A stretch of 64,000 bases of DNA from Nemertoderma westbladi (Eukaryota; Animalia; Xenacoelomorpha). The notes below the pieces were generated by a model. It ran no database searches and was not told where the DNA came from. It was given only the letters and a program-made list of their open reading frames with translations. The DNA lies in assembly GCA_032718475.1 (NCBI GenBank), contig JAUCBJ010000852.1, positions 18,907-82,906 on the forward strand. The letters are read 5' to 3'. The stretch's first letter is position 1, and each line of letters starts with the position of its first letter. Both the position numbers and the translations under genes were made by a program. Shown piece by piece: positions 41,206-55,410 of the stretch.

Positions 41206-41916
41206 TATTAGTATGGCCTGTGACCCCACTTTTTGATGAAAAAAACGAACTAGATAGTCTATTTAGATAGAGTCTAACTAAACTGAAAAAAACTAACTAG
41301 ATAGAACGATCTATTGCGATGTTCCAGAATGTTATTTGACAGTTGCCATGGTTACCATTTTGGTTGGAATCACTAATAAAATATTCCCTTGGAGTTGCAA
41401 AGACGAAAGTGGAACGTATTCGCACATCAGTGTAAAACACTGTACAAAGGGTAAAGGAAGATTCGTGAACCCTGTAAATGGCGCTCATACCCAGAGGATA
41501 GAAGGGATGTGGGGACATGCCAAGCTAGGCTTGATGAGGAACAAGAGAGGAATCAATAAGAACCTGTTACAGAATCATCTCGCTGAATTTTGGTGGCGAA
41601 ATTACAACAGGGAGGCCCCATTCAGCAAACTAATAACACTAATAAACAATAGCGAATTATAGAAATCTGTTTAATTCAGTTCAAAAACAAAAGACTAATC
41701 AATTTACATTGTTATATTCATTAAATAACATATTAGATTAACCTTCAATAAATCATTATTTACAACACTTGGTTACCATAGCAACACAAGAAAAATGTTC
41801 CAGAATGTAGAACTTGAGTGGGGCAAACATAATACCAACATATGTAGCTAGTATATCATAAATTACTAGCTAGTTTTTTTCATCAAAAAGTGAGGTCACA
41901 GGCCATACTAATACCA
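41206..41916 (+). mobile_element. Internally deleted Merlin (IS1595/ISXO2-like) element with transposase C-terminal fragment (41336-41662)
   Basis: TIRs TATTAGTATGGCCTGTGACCCCACTTTTTGATG / CATCAAAAAGTGAGGTCACAGGCCATACTAATACC; FVNPVNGAHTQRIEGMWGHAK...HLAEFWWR. Confidence 0.85.
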
Positions 41917-42947
41917 TACAGAACAACTAACTATAACGATAGCATTCCAAAACATTTTTTAAAATGTTAGCTAGGGCTATAGCTATAGATATAACTAGGC
42001 CTATAGGCTATAGACTATAGGCGGCTATAGCTATAGATATAAATCACTAGCTATAATTGTAAATTATTACTTGAGTACATAAAATTACTAGATATATGTT
42101 AATTATACAAAAAAGTGTTAAAAAAAACAAAACAATACAATTTTTTTTTAAATGTTCTAGAATAAAAAATGATATGTTCTAGAACATTATTTAACAAAAA
42201 AATAATTCGAAATATCCTAGAATACTTCACACTAACATTAAAAAGTAGTAGCTAGTAAACTAAACACATTTTAGAGCAAACTGAAAATGTGGCCGTACGG
42301 AACTCTAGCCGATATTTATATTATTAGTTATAGACACAACAATGTAATGTTAATTGTTTGAGATTATTTGTATTCGTTTGTAGCGGCACTGTAGGGGTTG
42401 TCTTACCTCGTATTATCGGCCTACTGTATTTACGAATGTTATTAGGGCTACAAGTTTTGGACCTTATTCTGTTTAAACCCAATTCTGGGCTAGATTTAGC
42501 GATTATTGGGTGAAATTAGCTATTTATAACCCATGTTCTGGAACATTACTAGAAATTTTTTTATGGTAGCAAGTGTTTTTTTTATTAGCTAGTATTTTTT
42601 GAAATTATAATAAAATTTATTTTTATCGGATTTTTGATATGGCGAAGTAGTACCGTAGGTACCCATGTCGTATAAGTGCATAATAATGGTACCCTGGCCT
42701 TTAATATCTCATGGAATCCGTATATTTTTACTTTTCTCCTATTCTGTCAGTTTTTCGGATAATTTATCTTCACAGTTAATGCACTCCTCACACAATGCTC
42801 TCTCTGGCGTCGTATAATTATCTTATTTTTCTCCGTAACTGTCTTTCTTTTCATTGCCTTAATTTGACTTTTGTGCATTTCGCACCTCTAATTTTTTTAT
42901 AATTTTTTTAATTACTAGCAATTTTAAATTTGAAAAATAATTAGCGG

Positions 42948-43380
42948 AATTAGTGTGGCCTGTGTGCCCAGTTTTTGATCAATTTATTTCATGTGAAAAT
43001 TACTATTATCGTAAAGTTTTTTTGTTCTAGAACAAAAATTTGACCTTTTTTGTTAGTTTTATAACATTTATAAAAAATGTTGAAAAAACTAGCTAGTATA
43101 AAAAATAAATAAAATATGTGTTCTAGAACAAAGAAAGTGTTCTAGAAAAAAATATTTTTCTAAATTGATAACTAACACGTGTTCTATAACAATTATAAAA
43201 AAAGTTGAAAGAACTATAGCTAGTATAAAAAATAAAAAATGTTTTCTAGAGTGTTCTAGAACAAAAATATTTATCAAAATTGATAACTAACAAGAGTGTT
43301 CTATAACATTTATAAAAACAATTAGCTATTAGGGCCTAATGCTTATGCTACAACAATGGGCACCCAGGCCACACTAATGC
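42948..43380. mobile_element. MITE with Merlin-related TIRs
   Basis: ATTAGTGTGGCCTGTGTGCCCA...TGGGCACCCAGGCCACACTAAT; no clear TSD. Confidence 0.55.
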
Positions 43381-44155
43381 GTAGGCCTAATTAGCTACAT
43401 GTTCTAGAACATTATATTTTTTATTTTATTTATGTTCTAGAATAGTTTTTAATATTTATATTTTGTTCTAGAACTCTACAATGTTGCCATGGTAAAAATG
43501 ATTTATGTTATAAAAATGTAGTGCTATACGGAGCTGTTACACAAATTACAAAAACAAGATTTATTAATTATTTCTATTGGGAGAATTCAATAAACTAATA
43601 TAAACTAAAATAAACTAAAATAAATTTTTTTAAAAGCCTTTTTCATATGAAAAAAAAAACTGTCAAAATGTGGTACTACTTTGGCTGAATTTAAACGTTA
43701 TTTGTTGAAATCTAATATCAATTAATAGCTGCGTTCTAGAACACAGCGTTGTAGAACACAGCGTTCTAGAACACAGCGTTCTAGAACACAGCGTTCTAGA
43801 ACAAACCTTCTTGTTTTAAAAATTTACTTTTAGGGCACAATCAAACGTGAAATAATTTCATAAAAACACATTTAACATTTAAAATAAAAAAGTACGATGA
43901 AAATGGTGACCGAAGGTAACTAATGCCCCTTAGATTACTGGTCGTATGATCGTCCTCCTAATATTTTATCATAGCTACTACGGCTAGATGTGTTACTATT
44001 GTATGACAAGTGTTCAGGGATATATTATAGCTAGTAATTAAAAAAAGGCTATAAGGCAAATATTTATAAAGAATTTGGATTTATACAAATTTGGGATGGT
44101 TAAAAGCAGTTAACACAAACAGATGTTGGTATTATTTAACACTGAAATTACATAC

Positions 44156-44257
44156 AATTGGGTTTCTCTGTGGATTTGCGAGGATTTTGCTTGAGTCTTT
44201 CCGCGATAGATAGACACTGAATGGCCCTAGAAGGTCTTCGGACTACCAGATTATTTA
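44156..44257 (-). CDS. Candidate internal exon of the ATAD2-like gene (phase 1 to 1; alternative in-frame acceptor at 44284)
   Basis: CAACAG|TA...T|GTATGT, open frame NNLVVRRPSRAIQCLSIAERLKQNPRKSTEKPN; supported by phase compatibility only, no homology. Confidence 0.4.
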
Positions 44258-44301
44258 CTGTTGAATTCGACATTATGTTACGTTCTTATAATCAAATCAA
44301 T

Positions 44302-44420
44302 TGCTTTAATACTATAACGGTAGAGGATTATGCTTTAATACTATAACGGTAGAGGATTATGCTTTAATACTATAACGGTAGAGGATTATGCTTTAATACT
44401 ATAACGGTAGATGATTATGA
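44302..44420. repeat. 29-bp tandem repeat, ~4 copies
   Basis: TGCTTTAATACTATAACGGTAGAGGATTA repeated. Confidence 0.9.
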
Positions 44421-44874
44421 TAAATACCGCAGTAGAATAATTTACCCTACAAATTATTAGAAATTACTTCCAACGCTACAATCTAAATCAAATTATATAT
44501 TCCAGAACATTAACTTTCCAAGGCAACTAACTATTTATTACAACTAGCCCTTTGGGATAGTAAACTAAGATTTATAATTAATTCCGGCCCATTTAATATT
44601 AAATACGGTTTAAATATTAAAATTACTTAAGTGTCGCAGTGCCCGAGTGAATACGGCGCCTGAACTGCAGAACTAAAACTTACAAGGACTGATTTACGAA
44701 AAATGTGGGGGGGGGGGGGGGGGGGCTACATCCAGAACACATCCTGCGTCTTTGTTGTCTACCGCTAGAGGGAGAAAATGGTCCGAAAGTAATAACATTC
44801 TCAATTTCGGTGATCTTAACCTGTTTAAGCTGAAATTTGGCATATGTGTACTAGAAAACTTTGCGTCTTTGTCG

Positions 44875-47800
44875 GACGGAACTCTATCTACACTTAGTAC
44901 AGTTTGCTGCTCGAAGGAGACGGAACTCTATCTACACTTAGTACAGTTTGCTGCTCGAAGGAGACGGAACTCTATCTACACTTAGTACAGTTTGCTGCTC
45001 GAAGGAGACGGAACTCTATCTACACTTAGTACAGTTTGCTACTCGATGGAGACGGAACTCTATCTACACTTAGTACAGTTTGCTGCTCGAAGGAGACGGA
45101 ACTCTATCTACACTTAGTACAGTTTGCTGCTCGAAGGAGACGGAACTCTATCTACACTTAGTACAGTTTGCTACTCGAAGGAGACGGAACTCTATCTACA
45201 CTTAGTACAGTTTGCTACTCGATGGAGACGGAACTCTATCTACACTTAGTACAGTTTGCTGCTCGAAGGAGACGGAACTCTATCTACACTTAGTACAGTT
45301 TGCTGCTCGATGGAGACGGAACTCTATCTACACTTAGTACAGTTTGCTGCTCGATGGAGACGGAACTCTATCTACACTTAGTACAGTTTGCTGCTCGATG
45401 GAGACGGAACTCTATCTACACTTAGTACAGTTTGCTGCTCGATGGAGACGGAACTCTATCTACACTTAGTACAGTTTGCTACTCGATGGAGACGGAACTC
45501 TATCTACACTTAGTACAGTTTGCTACTCGATGGAGACGGAACTCTATCTACACTTAGTACAGTTTGCTGCTCGATGGAGACGGAACTCTATCTACACTTA
45601 GTACAGTTTGCTACTCGATGGAGACGGAACTCTATCTACACTTAGTACAGTTTGCTGCTCGATGGAGACGGAACTCTATCTACACTTAGTACAGTTTGCT
45701 GCTCGATGGAGACGGAACTCTATCTACACTTAGTACAGTTTGCTACTCGATGGAGACGGAACTCTATCTACACTTAGTACAGTTTGCTGCTCGATGGAGA
45801 CGGAACTCTATCTACACTTAGTACAGTTTGCTGCTCGATGGAGACGGAACTCTATCTACACTTAGTACAGTTTGCTACTCGATGGAGACGGAACTCTATC
45901 TACACTTAGTACAGTTTGCTGCTCGATGGAGACGGAACTCTATCTACACTTAGTACAGTTTGCTACTCGATGGAGACGGAACTCTATCTACACTTAGTAC
46001 AGTTTGCTGCTCGATGGAGACGGAACTCTATCTACACTTAGTACAGTTTGCTACTCGATGGAGACGGAACTCTATCTACACTTAGTACAGTTTGCTGCTC
46101 GATGGAGACGGAACTCTATCTACACTTAGTACAGTTTGCTGCTCGATGGAGACGGAACTCTATCTACACTTAGTACAGTTTGCTGCTCGATGGAGACGGA
46201 ACTCTATCTACACTTAGTACAGTTTGCTGCTCGATGGAGACGGAACTCTATCTACACTTAGTACAGTTTGCTACTCGATGGAGACGGAACTCTATCTACA
46301 CTTAGTACAGTTTGCTGCTCGATGGAGACGGAACTCTATCTACACTTAGTACAGTTTGCTGCTCGATGGAGACGGAACTCTATCTACACTTAGTACAGTT
46401 TGCTGCTCGATGGAGACGGAACTCTATCTACACTTAGTACAGTTTGCTGCTCGATGGAGACGGAACTCTATCTACACTTAGTACAGTTTGCTGCTCGATG
46501 GAGACGGAACTCTATCTACACTTAGTACAGTTTGCTGCTCGATGGAGACGGAACTCTATCTACACTTAGTACAGTTTGCTGCTCGATGGAGACGGAACTC
46601 TATCTACACTTAGTACAGTTTGCTACTCGATGGAGACGGAACTCTATCTACACTTAGTACAGTTTGCTGCTCGATGGAGACGGAACTCTATCTACACTTA
46701 GTACAGTTTGCTGCTCGATGGAGACGGAACTCTATCTACACTTAGTACAGTTTGCTGCTCGATGGAGACGGAACTCTATCTACACTTAGTACAGTTTGCT
46801 ACTCGATGGAGACGGAACTCTATCTACACTTAGTACAGTTTGCTGCTCGATGGAGACGGAACTCTATCTACACTTAGTACAGTTTGCTGCTCGATGGAGA
46901 CGGAACTCTATCTACACTTAGTACAGTTTGCTGCTCGATGGAGACGGAACTCTATCTACACTTAGTACAGTTTGCTGCTCGATGGAGACGGAACTCTATC
47001 TACACTTAGTACAGTTTGCTGCTCGATGGAGACGGAACTCTATCTACACTTAGTACAGTTTGCTGCTCGATGGAGACGGAACTCTATCTACACTTAGTAC
47101 AGTTTGCTGCTCGATGGAGACGGAACTCTATCTACACTTAGTACAGTTTGCTACTCGATGGAGACGGAACTCTATCTACACTTAGTACAGTTTGCTGCTC
47201 GAAGGAGACGGAACTCTATCTACACTTAGTACAGTTTGCTGCTCGATGGAGACGGAACTCTATCTACACTTAGTACAGTTTGCTGCTCGATGGAGACGGA
47301 ACTCTATCTACACTTAGTACAGTTTGCTGCTCGATGGAGACGGAACTCTATCTACACTTAGTACAGTTTGCTACTCGATGGAGACGGAACTCTATCTACA
47401 CTTAGTACAGTTTGCTGCTCGATGGAGACGGAACTCTATCTACACTTAGTACAGTTTGCTACTCGATGGAGACGGAACTCTATCTACACTTAGTACAGTT
47501 TGCTGCTCGAAGGAGACGGAACTCTATCTACACTTAGTACAGTTTGCTGCTCGATGGAGACGGAACTCTATCTACACTTAGTACAGTTTGCTGCTCGATG
47601 GAGACGGAACTCTATCTACACTTAGTACAGTTTGCTACTCGATGGAGACGGAACTCTATCTACACTTAGTACAGTTTGCTGCTCGATGGAGACGGAACTC
47701 TATCTACACTTAGTACAGTTTGCTGCTCGATGGAGACGGAACTCTATCTACACTTAGTACAGTTTGCTGCTCGATGGAGACGGAACTCTATCTACACTTA

Positions 47801-50800
47801 GTACAGTTTGCTGCTCGATGGAGACGGAACTCTATCTACACTTAGTACAGTTTGCTGCTCGATGGAGACGGAACTCTATCTACACTTAGTACAGTTTGCT
47901 GCTCGATGGAGACGGAACTCTATCTACACTTAGTACAGTTTGCTGCTCGATGGAGACGGAACTCTATCTACACTTAGTACAGTTTGCTACTCGATGGAGA
48001 CGGAACTCTATCTACACTTAGTACAGTTTGCTGCTCGAAGGAGACGGAACTCTATCTACACTTAGTACAGTTTGCTGCTCGATGGAGACGGAACTCTATC
48101 TACACTTAGTACAGTTTGCTACTCGATGGAGACGGAACTCTATCTACACTTAGTACAGTTTGCTGCTCGATGGAGACGGAACTCTATCTACACTTAGTAC
48201 AGTTTGCTACTCGATGGAGACGGAACTCTATCTACACTTAGTACAGTTTGCTGCTCGATGGAGACGGAACTCTATCTACACTTAGTACAGTTTGCTGCTC
48301 GAAGGAGACGGAACTCTATCTACACTTAGTACAGTTTGCTGCTCGATGGAGACGGAACTCTATCTACACTTAGTACAGTTTGCTACTCGATGGAGACGGA
48401 ACTCTATCTACACTTAGTACAGTTTGCTGCTCGATGGAGACGGAACTCTATCTACACTTAGTACAGTTTGCTGCTCGATGGAGACGGAACTCTATCTACA
48501 CTTAGTACAGTTTGCTGCTCGATGGAGACGGAACTCTATCTACACTTAGTACAGTTTGCTGCTCGAAGGAGACGGAACTCTATCTACACTTAGTACAGTT
48601 TGCTGCTCGATGGAGACGGAACTCTATCTACACTTAGTACAGTTTGCTACTCGATGGAGACGGAACTCTATCTACACTTAGTACAGTTTGCTGCTCGATG
48701 GAGACGGAACTCTATCTACACTTAGTACAGTTTGCTGCTCGATGGAGACGGAACTCTATCTACACTTAGTACAGTTTGCTACTCGATGGAGACGGAACTC
48801 TATCTACACTTAGTACAGTTTGCTGCTCGAAGGAGACGGAACTCTATCTACACTTAGTACAGTTTGCTACTCGATGGAGACGGAACTCTATCTACACTTA
48901 GTACAGTTTGCTGCTCGAAGGAGACGGAACTCTATCTACACTTAGTACAGTTTGCTGCTCGATGGAGACGGAACTCTATCTACACTTAGTACAGTTTGCT
49001 ACTCGATGGAGACGGAACTCTATCTACACTTAGTACAGTTTGCTGCTCGATGGAGACGGAACTCTATCTACACTTAGTACAGTTTGCTGCTCGATGGAGA
49101 CGGAACTCTATCTACACTTAGTACAGTTTGCTGCTCGATGGAGACGGAACTCTATCTACACTTAGTACAGTTTGCTACTCGATGGAGACGGAACTCTATC
49201 TACACTTAGTACAGTTTGCTACTCGATGGAGACGGAACTCTATCTACACTTAGTACAGTTTGCTGCTCGAAGGAGACGGAACTCTATCTACACTTAGTAC
49301 AGTTTGCTGCTCGATGGAGACGGAACTCTATCTACACTTAGTACAGTTTGCTACTCGATGGAGACGGAACTCTATCTACACTTAGTACAGTTTGCTACTC
49401 GATGGAGACGGAACTCTATCTACACTTAGTACAGTTTGCTGCTCGAAGGAGACGGAACTCTATCTACACTTAGTACAGTTTGCTGCTCGATGGAGACGGA
49501 ACTCTATCTACACTTAGTACAGTTTGCTGCTCGAAGGAGACGGAACTCTATCTACACTTAGTACAGTTTGCTGCTCGATGGAGACGGAACTCTATCTACA
49601 CTTAGTACAGTTTGCTGCTCGAAGGAGACGGAACTCTATCTACACTTAGTACAGTTTGCTGCTCGATGGAGACGGAACTCTATCTACACTTAGTACAGTT
49701 TGCTACTCGATGGAGACGGAACTCTATCTACACTTAGTACAGTTTGCTGCTCGATGGAGACGGAACTCTATCTACACTTAGTACAGTTTGCTACTCGATG
49801 GAGACGGAACTCTATCTACACTTAGTACAGTTTGCTACTCGATGGAGACGGAACTCTATCTACACTTAGTACAGTTTGCTACTCGATGGAGACGGAACTC
49901 TATCTACACTTAGTACAGTTTGCTGCTCGAAGGAGACGGAACTCTATCTACACTTAGTACAGTTTGCTGCTCGAAGGAGACGGAACTCTATCTACACTTA
50001 GTACAGTTTGCTGCTCGATGGAGACGGAACTCTATCTACACTTAGTACAGTTTGCTGCTCGAAGGAGACGGAACTCTATCTACACTTAGTACAGTTTGCT
50101 GCTCGATGGAGACGGAACTCTATCTACACTTAGTACAGTTTGCTGCTCGATGGAGACGGAACTCTATCTACACTTAGTACAGTTTGCTACTCGATGGAGA
50201 CGGAACTCTATCTACACTTAGTACAGTTTGCTACTCGATGGAGACGGAACTCTATCTACACTTAGTACAGTTTGCTGCTCGAAGGAGACGGAACTCTATC
50301 TACACTTAGTACAGTTTGCTGCTCGAAGGAGACGGAACTCTATCTACACTTAGTACAGTTTGCTGCTCGAAGGAGACGGAACTCTATCTACACTTAGTAC
50401 AGTTTGCTGCTCGAAGGAGACGGAACTCTATCTACACTTAGTACAGTTTGCTGCTCGATGGAGACGGAACTCTATCTACACTTAGTACAGTTTGCTGCTC
50501 GAAGGAGACGGAACTCTATCTACACTTAGTACAGTTTGCTGCTCGATGGAGACGGAACTCTATCTACACTTAGTACAGTTTGCTGCTCGATGGAGACGGA
50601 ACTCTATCTACACTTAGTACAGTTTGCTACTCGATGGAGACGGAACTCTATCTACACTTAGTACAGTTTGCTGCTCGATGGAGACGGAACTCTATCTACA
50701 CTTAGTACAGTTTGCTGCTCGAAGGAGACGGAACTCTATCTACACTTAGTACAGTTTGCTGCTCGATGGAGACGGAACTCTATCTACACTTAGTACAGTT

Positions 50801-51027
50801 TGCTACTCGATGGAGACGGAACTCTATCTACACTTAGTACAGTTTGCTACTCGAAGGAGACGGAACTCTATCTACACTTAGTACAGTTTGCTACTCGATG
50901 GAGACGGAACTCTATCTACACTTAGTACAGTTTGCTACTCGAAGGAGACGGAACTCTATCTACACTTAGTACAGTTTGCTACTCGATGGAGACGGAACTC
51001 TATCTACACTTAGTACAGTTTGCTACT
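44875..51027. repeat. 44-bp satellite (GACGGAACTCTATCTACACTTAGTACAGTTTGCTRCTCGAWGGA), ~140 copies
   Basis: Direct periodicity with two biallelic positions. Confidence 0.97.
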
Positions 51028-51444
51028 GTATCATCTACCTCTATCTATCTAGTTTCGCTACTCGAAGTGTCAGAAAGTGAAAACCTTCTGACCTCCTCTC
51101 ATTGACACTTTACATAAGTTTATGTCACGTGCTGCGGGAAGGCCCCACTTCATGTTTTCTTATTAGTGAAATACTTTCAATATTACTTATTTTGCTATTA
51201 ATTATATATTATTTAAGCGCCTTGAACTCTTGTATCTGGAATGGTTACAATTATTCATATTCTAATTTGAAGCATGAAGTGACTACAGCGCGCATGTTGT
51301 ACAGATGTTCATTTTACTATCACACTATCTTTTATCCAAAGACGCATATTTTTACTCCAATAAATTGCATTAATTCAGCATAATCATATGTCAGTACAGT
51401 ACGTACAGCATACCAGTACCACTTTGCCCAAACTCTCTGATTTT

Positions 51445-53802
51445 CTTTCCTCCGTTTACGAACCATCTGAAACTCGACCCGCCTCAGTAGATATGACACC
51501 CCGGTAGATATCTCGGTCTACTTTCCTCCGTTTACTAACCATCTGAAACTCGACCCGCCTCAGTAGATATGACACCCCTGTAGATATCTCGGTCTACTTT
51601 CCTCCGTTTACTAACCATCTGAAACTCGACCCGCCTCAGTAGATATGACACCCCGGTAGATATATCGGTCTACTTTCCTCCGTTTACTAACCATCTGAAA
51701 CTCGACCCGCCTCAGTAGATATGACACCCCGGTAGATATCTCGGTCTACTTTCCTCCGTTTACTAACCATCTGAAACTCGACCCGCCTCAGTAGATATGA
51801 CACCCCGGTAGATATCTCGGTCTACTTTCCTCCGTTTACTAACCATCTGAAACTCGACCCGCCTCAGTAGATATGACACCCCGGTAGATATCTCGGTCTA
51901 CTTTCCTCCGTTTACTAACCATCTGAAACTCGACCCGCCTCAGTAGATATGACACCCCGGTAGATATCTCGGTCTACTTTCCTCCGTTTACTAACCATCT
52001 GAAACTCGACCCGCCTCAGTAGATATGACACCCCGGTAGATATCTCGGTCTACTTTCCTCCGTTTACTAACCATCTGAAACTCGACCCGCCTCAGTAGAT
52101 ATGACACCCCTGTAGATATCTCGGTCTACTTTCCTCCGTTTACTAACCATCTGAAACTCGACCCGCCTCAGTAGATATGACACCCCGGTAGATATCTCGG
52201 TCTACTTTCATCCGTTTACTAACCATCTGAAACTCGACCCGCCTCAGTAGATATGACACCCCGGAAGATATCTCGGTCTACTTTCCTCCGTTTACGAACC
52301 ATCTGAAACTCGACCCGCCTCAGTAGATATGACACCCCGGTAGATATCTCGGTCTACTTTCATCCGTTTACTAACCATCTGAAACTCGACCCGCCTCAGT
52401 AGATATGACACCCCAGTAGATATCTCGTTCTACTTTCCTCCGTTAACTAACCATCTGAAACTCGACCCGCCTCAGTAGATATGACACCCCGGTAGATATA
52501 TCGGTCTACTTTCCTCCGTTTACTAACCATCTGAAACTCGACCCGCCTCAGTAGATATGACACCCCGGTAGATATCTCGGTCTACTTTCCTCCGTTTACT
52601 AACCATCTGAAACTCGACCCGCCTCAGTAGATATGACACCCCGGTAGATATCTCGGTCTACTTTCCTCCGTTTACTAACCATCTGAAACTCGACCCGCCT
52701 CAGTAGATATGACACCCCGGTAGATATCTCGGTCTACTTTCCTCCGTTTACTAACCATCTGAAACTCGACCCGCCTCAGTAGATATGACACCCCGGTAGA
52801 TATATCGGTCTACTTTCCTCCGTTTACTAACCATCTGAAACTCGACCCGCCTCAGTAGATATGACATCCCGGTAGATATCTCGGTCTACTTTCCTCCGTT
52901 TACTAACCATCTGAAACTCGACCCGCCTCAGTAGATATGACACCCCGGTAGATATCTCGGTCTACTTTCCTCCGTTTACTAACCATCTGAAACTCGACCC
53001 GCCTCAGTAGATATGACACCCCGGTAGATATCTCGGTCAACTTTCCTCCGTTTACTAACCATCTGAAACTCGACCCGCCTCAGTAGATATGACACCCCGG
53101 TAGATATCTCGGTCTACTTTCCTCCGTTTACTAACCATCTGAAACTCGACCCGCCTCAGTAGATGACACCCCGGTAGATATATCGGTCTACTTTCCTCCG
53201 TTTACTAACCATCTGAAACTCGACCCGCCTCAGTAGATATGACACCCCGGTAGATATCTCGGTCTACTTTCCTCCGTTTACTAACCATCTGAAACTCGAC
53301 CCGCCTCAGTAGATATGACACCCCGGTAGATATCTCGGTCTACTTTCCTCCGTTTACTAACCATCTGAAACTCGACCCGCCTCAGTAGATATGACACCCC
53401 GGTAGATATCTCGGTCTACTTTCCTCCGTTTACTAACCATCTGAAACTCGACCCGCCTCAGTAGATATGACACCCCGGTAGATATCTCGGTCTACTTTCC
53501 TCCGTTTACTAACCATCTGAAACTCGACCCGCCTCAGTAGATATGACACCCCGGTAGATATCTCGGTCTACTTTCCTCCGTTTACTAACCATCTGAAACT
53601 CGACCCGCCTCAGTAGATATGACACCCCGGTAGATATATCGGTCTACTTTCCTCCGTTTACTAACCATCTGAAACTCGACCCGCCTCAGTAGATATGACA
53701 CCCCGGTAGATATCTCGGTCTACTTTCCTCCGTTTACTAACCATCTGAAACTCGACCCGCCTCAGTAGATATGACACCCCGGTAGATATCTCGGTCTACT
53801 TT
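51445..53802 (-). repeat. 76-bp tandem array (~31 copies): ~61 nt of exon end plus donor GTTAGTAAACGGAGG
   Basis: Minus-strand unit AAAGTAGACCGAGATATCTACCGGGGTGTCATATCTACTGAGGCGGGTCGAGTTTCAGATG|GTTAGTAAACGGAGG. Confidence 0.95.
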
Positions 53803-53936
53803 TCTCTGTTTAACTTCTATAGGTGTAGGTCGGGCGTACTCTACAGGTGCCGCTAAGATATCATCGACAACCCCACCACCTTCGCCAATCCCATTTAGTA
53901 CAACTCCGTCTTGAATGTTAACCGTGGGCTTCTTTT
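53742..53936 (-). CDS. Probable N-terminal exon of the ATAD2-like gene (195 nt, phase 1 to 1)
   Basis: TTTCAG|AA...GATG|GTTAGT; EKKPTVNIQDGVVLNGIGEGGGVVDDILAAPVEYARPTPIEVKQRKVDRDIYRGVISTEAGRVSD; phase fits both the 54077 donor and the 35735 acceptor. Confidence 0.65.
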
Positions 53937-54076
53937 CTGAAACACCAAATATAAACAGCAGTCTAAACCTTACCTAAAGTTAAAAATGTGAGAACTATTA
54001 TAGTTACTATACTTGACCAGTATGTTGAACTGAACTCCTTACATAAACTACTGTCCTTGGTAACTGAACACCTTAC

Positions 54077-54225
54077 CTGGACTACTGTCCTTTGAACTTG
54101 ACGCCCCAGTGTTGGTATTTTCTTTACATGTTTTCCGAGAACTAACTGCATAGCACTGTTCGTATTCGTCATCTAGGGGGCGTACCTCTTTGTATCGGCG
54201 TTGAGGATGGCGTCGATCCCGTAAC
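54077..54225 (-). CDS. Probable N-terminal exon of the ATAD2-like gene (ends phase 1)
   Basis: CCTAG|G...CCAG|GTAAGG; RLRDRRHPQRRYKEVRPLDDEYEQCYAVSSRK...SSSKDSSP; the 5' boundary is uncertain. Confidence 0.55.
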
Positions 54226-55410
54226 CTAGGTAACGTATAATATACAATCTTGCATGCGGGAACAAGTAAACGCCTAGCAGTGGGTGAATTTGAGACAAAA
54301 GTACCAATCACGCCAAAACATTTTGAAGCACCTTTGTGTAAATAGATCCAAATATCGCCATGGTCCAAAAAATCCAAACTTTCCGTTTCATTCCTTAGCA
54401 GGTTTGTTGACCCCAAAAAATTGATTCGTAAATTAAAACAAATAAATTTATTGCCATAAAATGTTTTATTTTTGCCACCACAAGGTTGTTAGTGTTACCA
54501 TAAAATCAGTAGAGCAATCACTATTCAATTATGTGAAATATCTCCACTAACATTTGTTACCTTACAGTGCAATTGTATAAATTGATCCGTTAAAAGGTTA
54601 TTACTTATAAATATTAATCATATTGAAGGGAGACACGCGACCATTATATTCGGTTCTAATGGAACAATATGGATAAGAACATGTGAAAAACTAACTTAGG
54701 GACTGAGATTAGAACAAGGAACCTATGGAAATCTCTTCCACTGCGTCCCATATTCAAGGAGAGCCCCACTACTATAGTTGGCTTTGGATTCCTCTGCGAT
54801 TAAAAAAACGGCCAACCAGAAATAAAAGATGTGTTAAAACGGGGGATTCTAATATCTACTGAAACATATTGTGGTCACTATACTGGTGGAATTTAACTGA
54901 CAATTATTTCAGTGGCAATTAGAGAATTACATTACAATGTAGTTTTAGATGAATTCTGGTAAAACTATGGTGAAACTAAATTTGCCAGGAACAGGATATA
55001 TAGCAAATATAAAATGGATAGATAGCATCCGTAGATAGTATAATGCCCAAAAACTGATAAACCGTAAATAATATAAATTTTAGGTTAAATTAGCTTAGTG
55101 CACTACCGATTTATAATTACTACCCACTTTATTTATTACTACCCATTTTGAATCAAATATAAAGTATCTAAAGAAAGGGAAAATTTTATTAGCTGAAATT
55201 ATTCACTGTTCTAGAAGGTTAAAATCATATTATTCCGTGGCTTCTTCTAAATATAAGGTCGCATATAATAATATAATTAAGAAACGTTTTTGTTTCAAGT
55301 ATGACTGCAGTGTCTCACTGATGTGTGGAATTATCAGCCTCCCCTAAGTCGTTCATAACCATCACGATATGCGTTAAATCCTTGTACCATGGTGTGTAGG
55401 AGACTTACTA

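Larger units (their letters stand above)
36834..42310. mobile_element. Related TIR element with 8-bp TSD GATATTTA, inflated by nested insertions
   Basis: GGGAACAGTTCCGTATG...CGTACGGAACTCTAGCC; GATATTTA at 36826-36833 and 42311-42318. Confidence 0.75.

Noticed and set aside
54600-55040. Coding-like plus-strand stretch (IEGRHATIIFGSNGTIWIRTCEK...)
   Set aside because: Interrupted by stops and I recognise no family; cannot be supported without a search.
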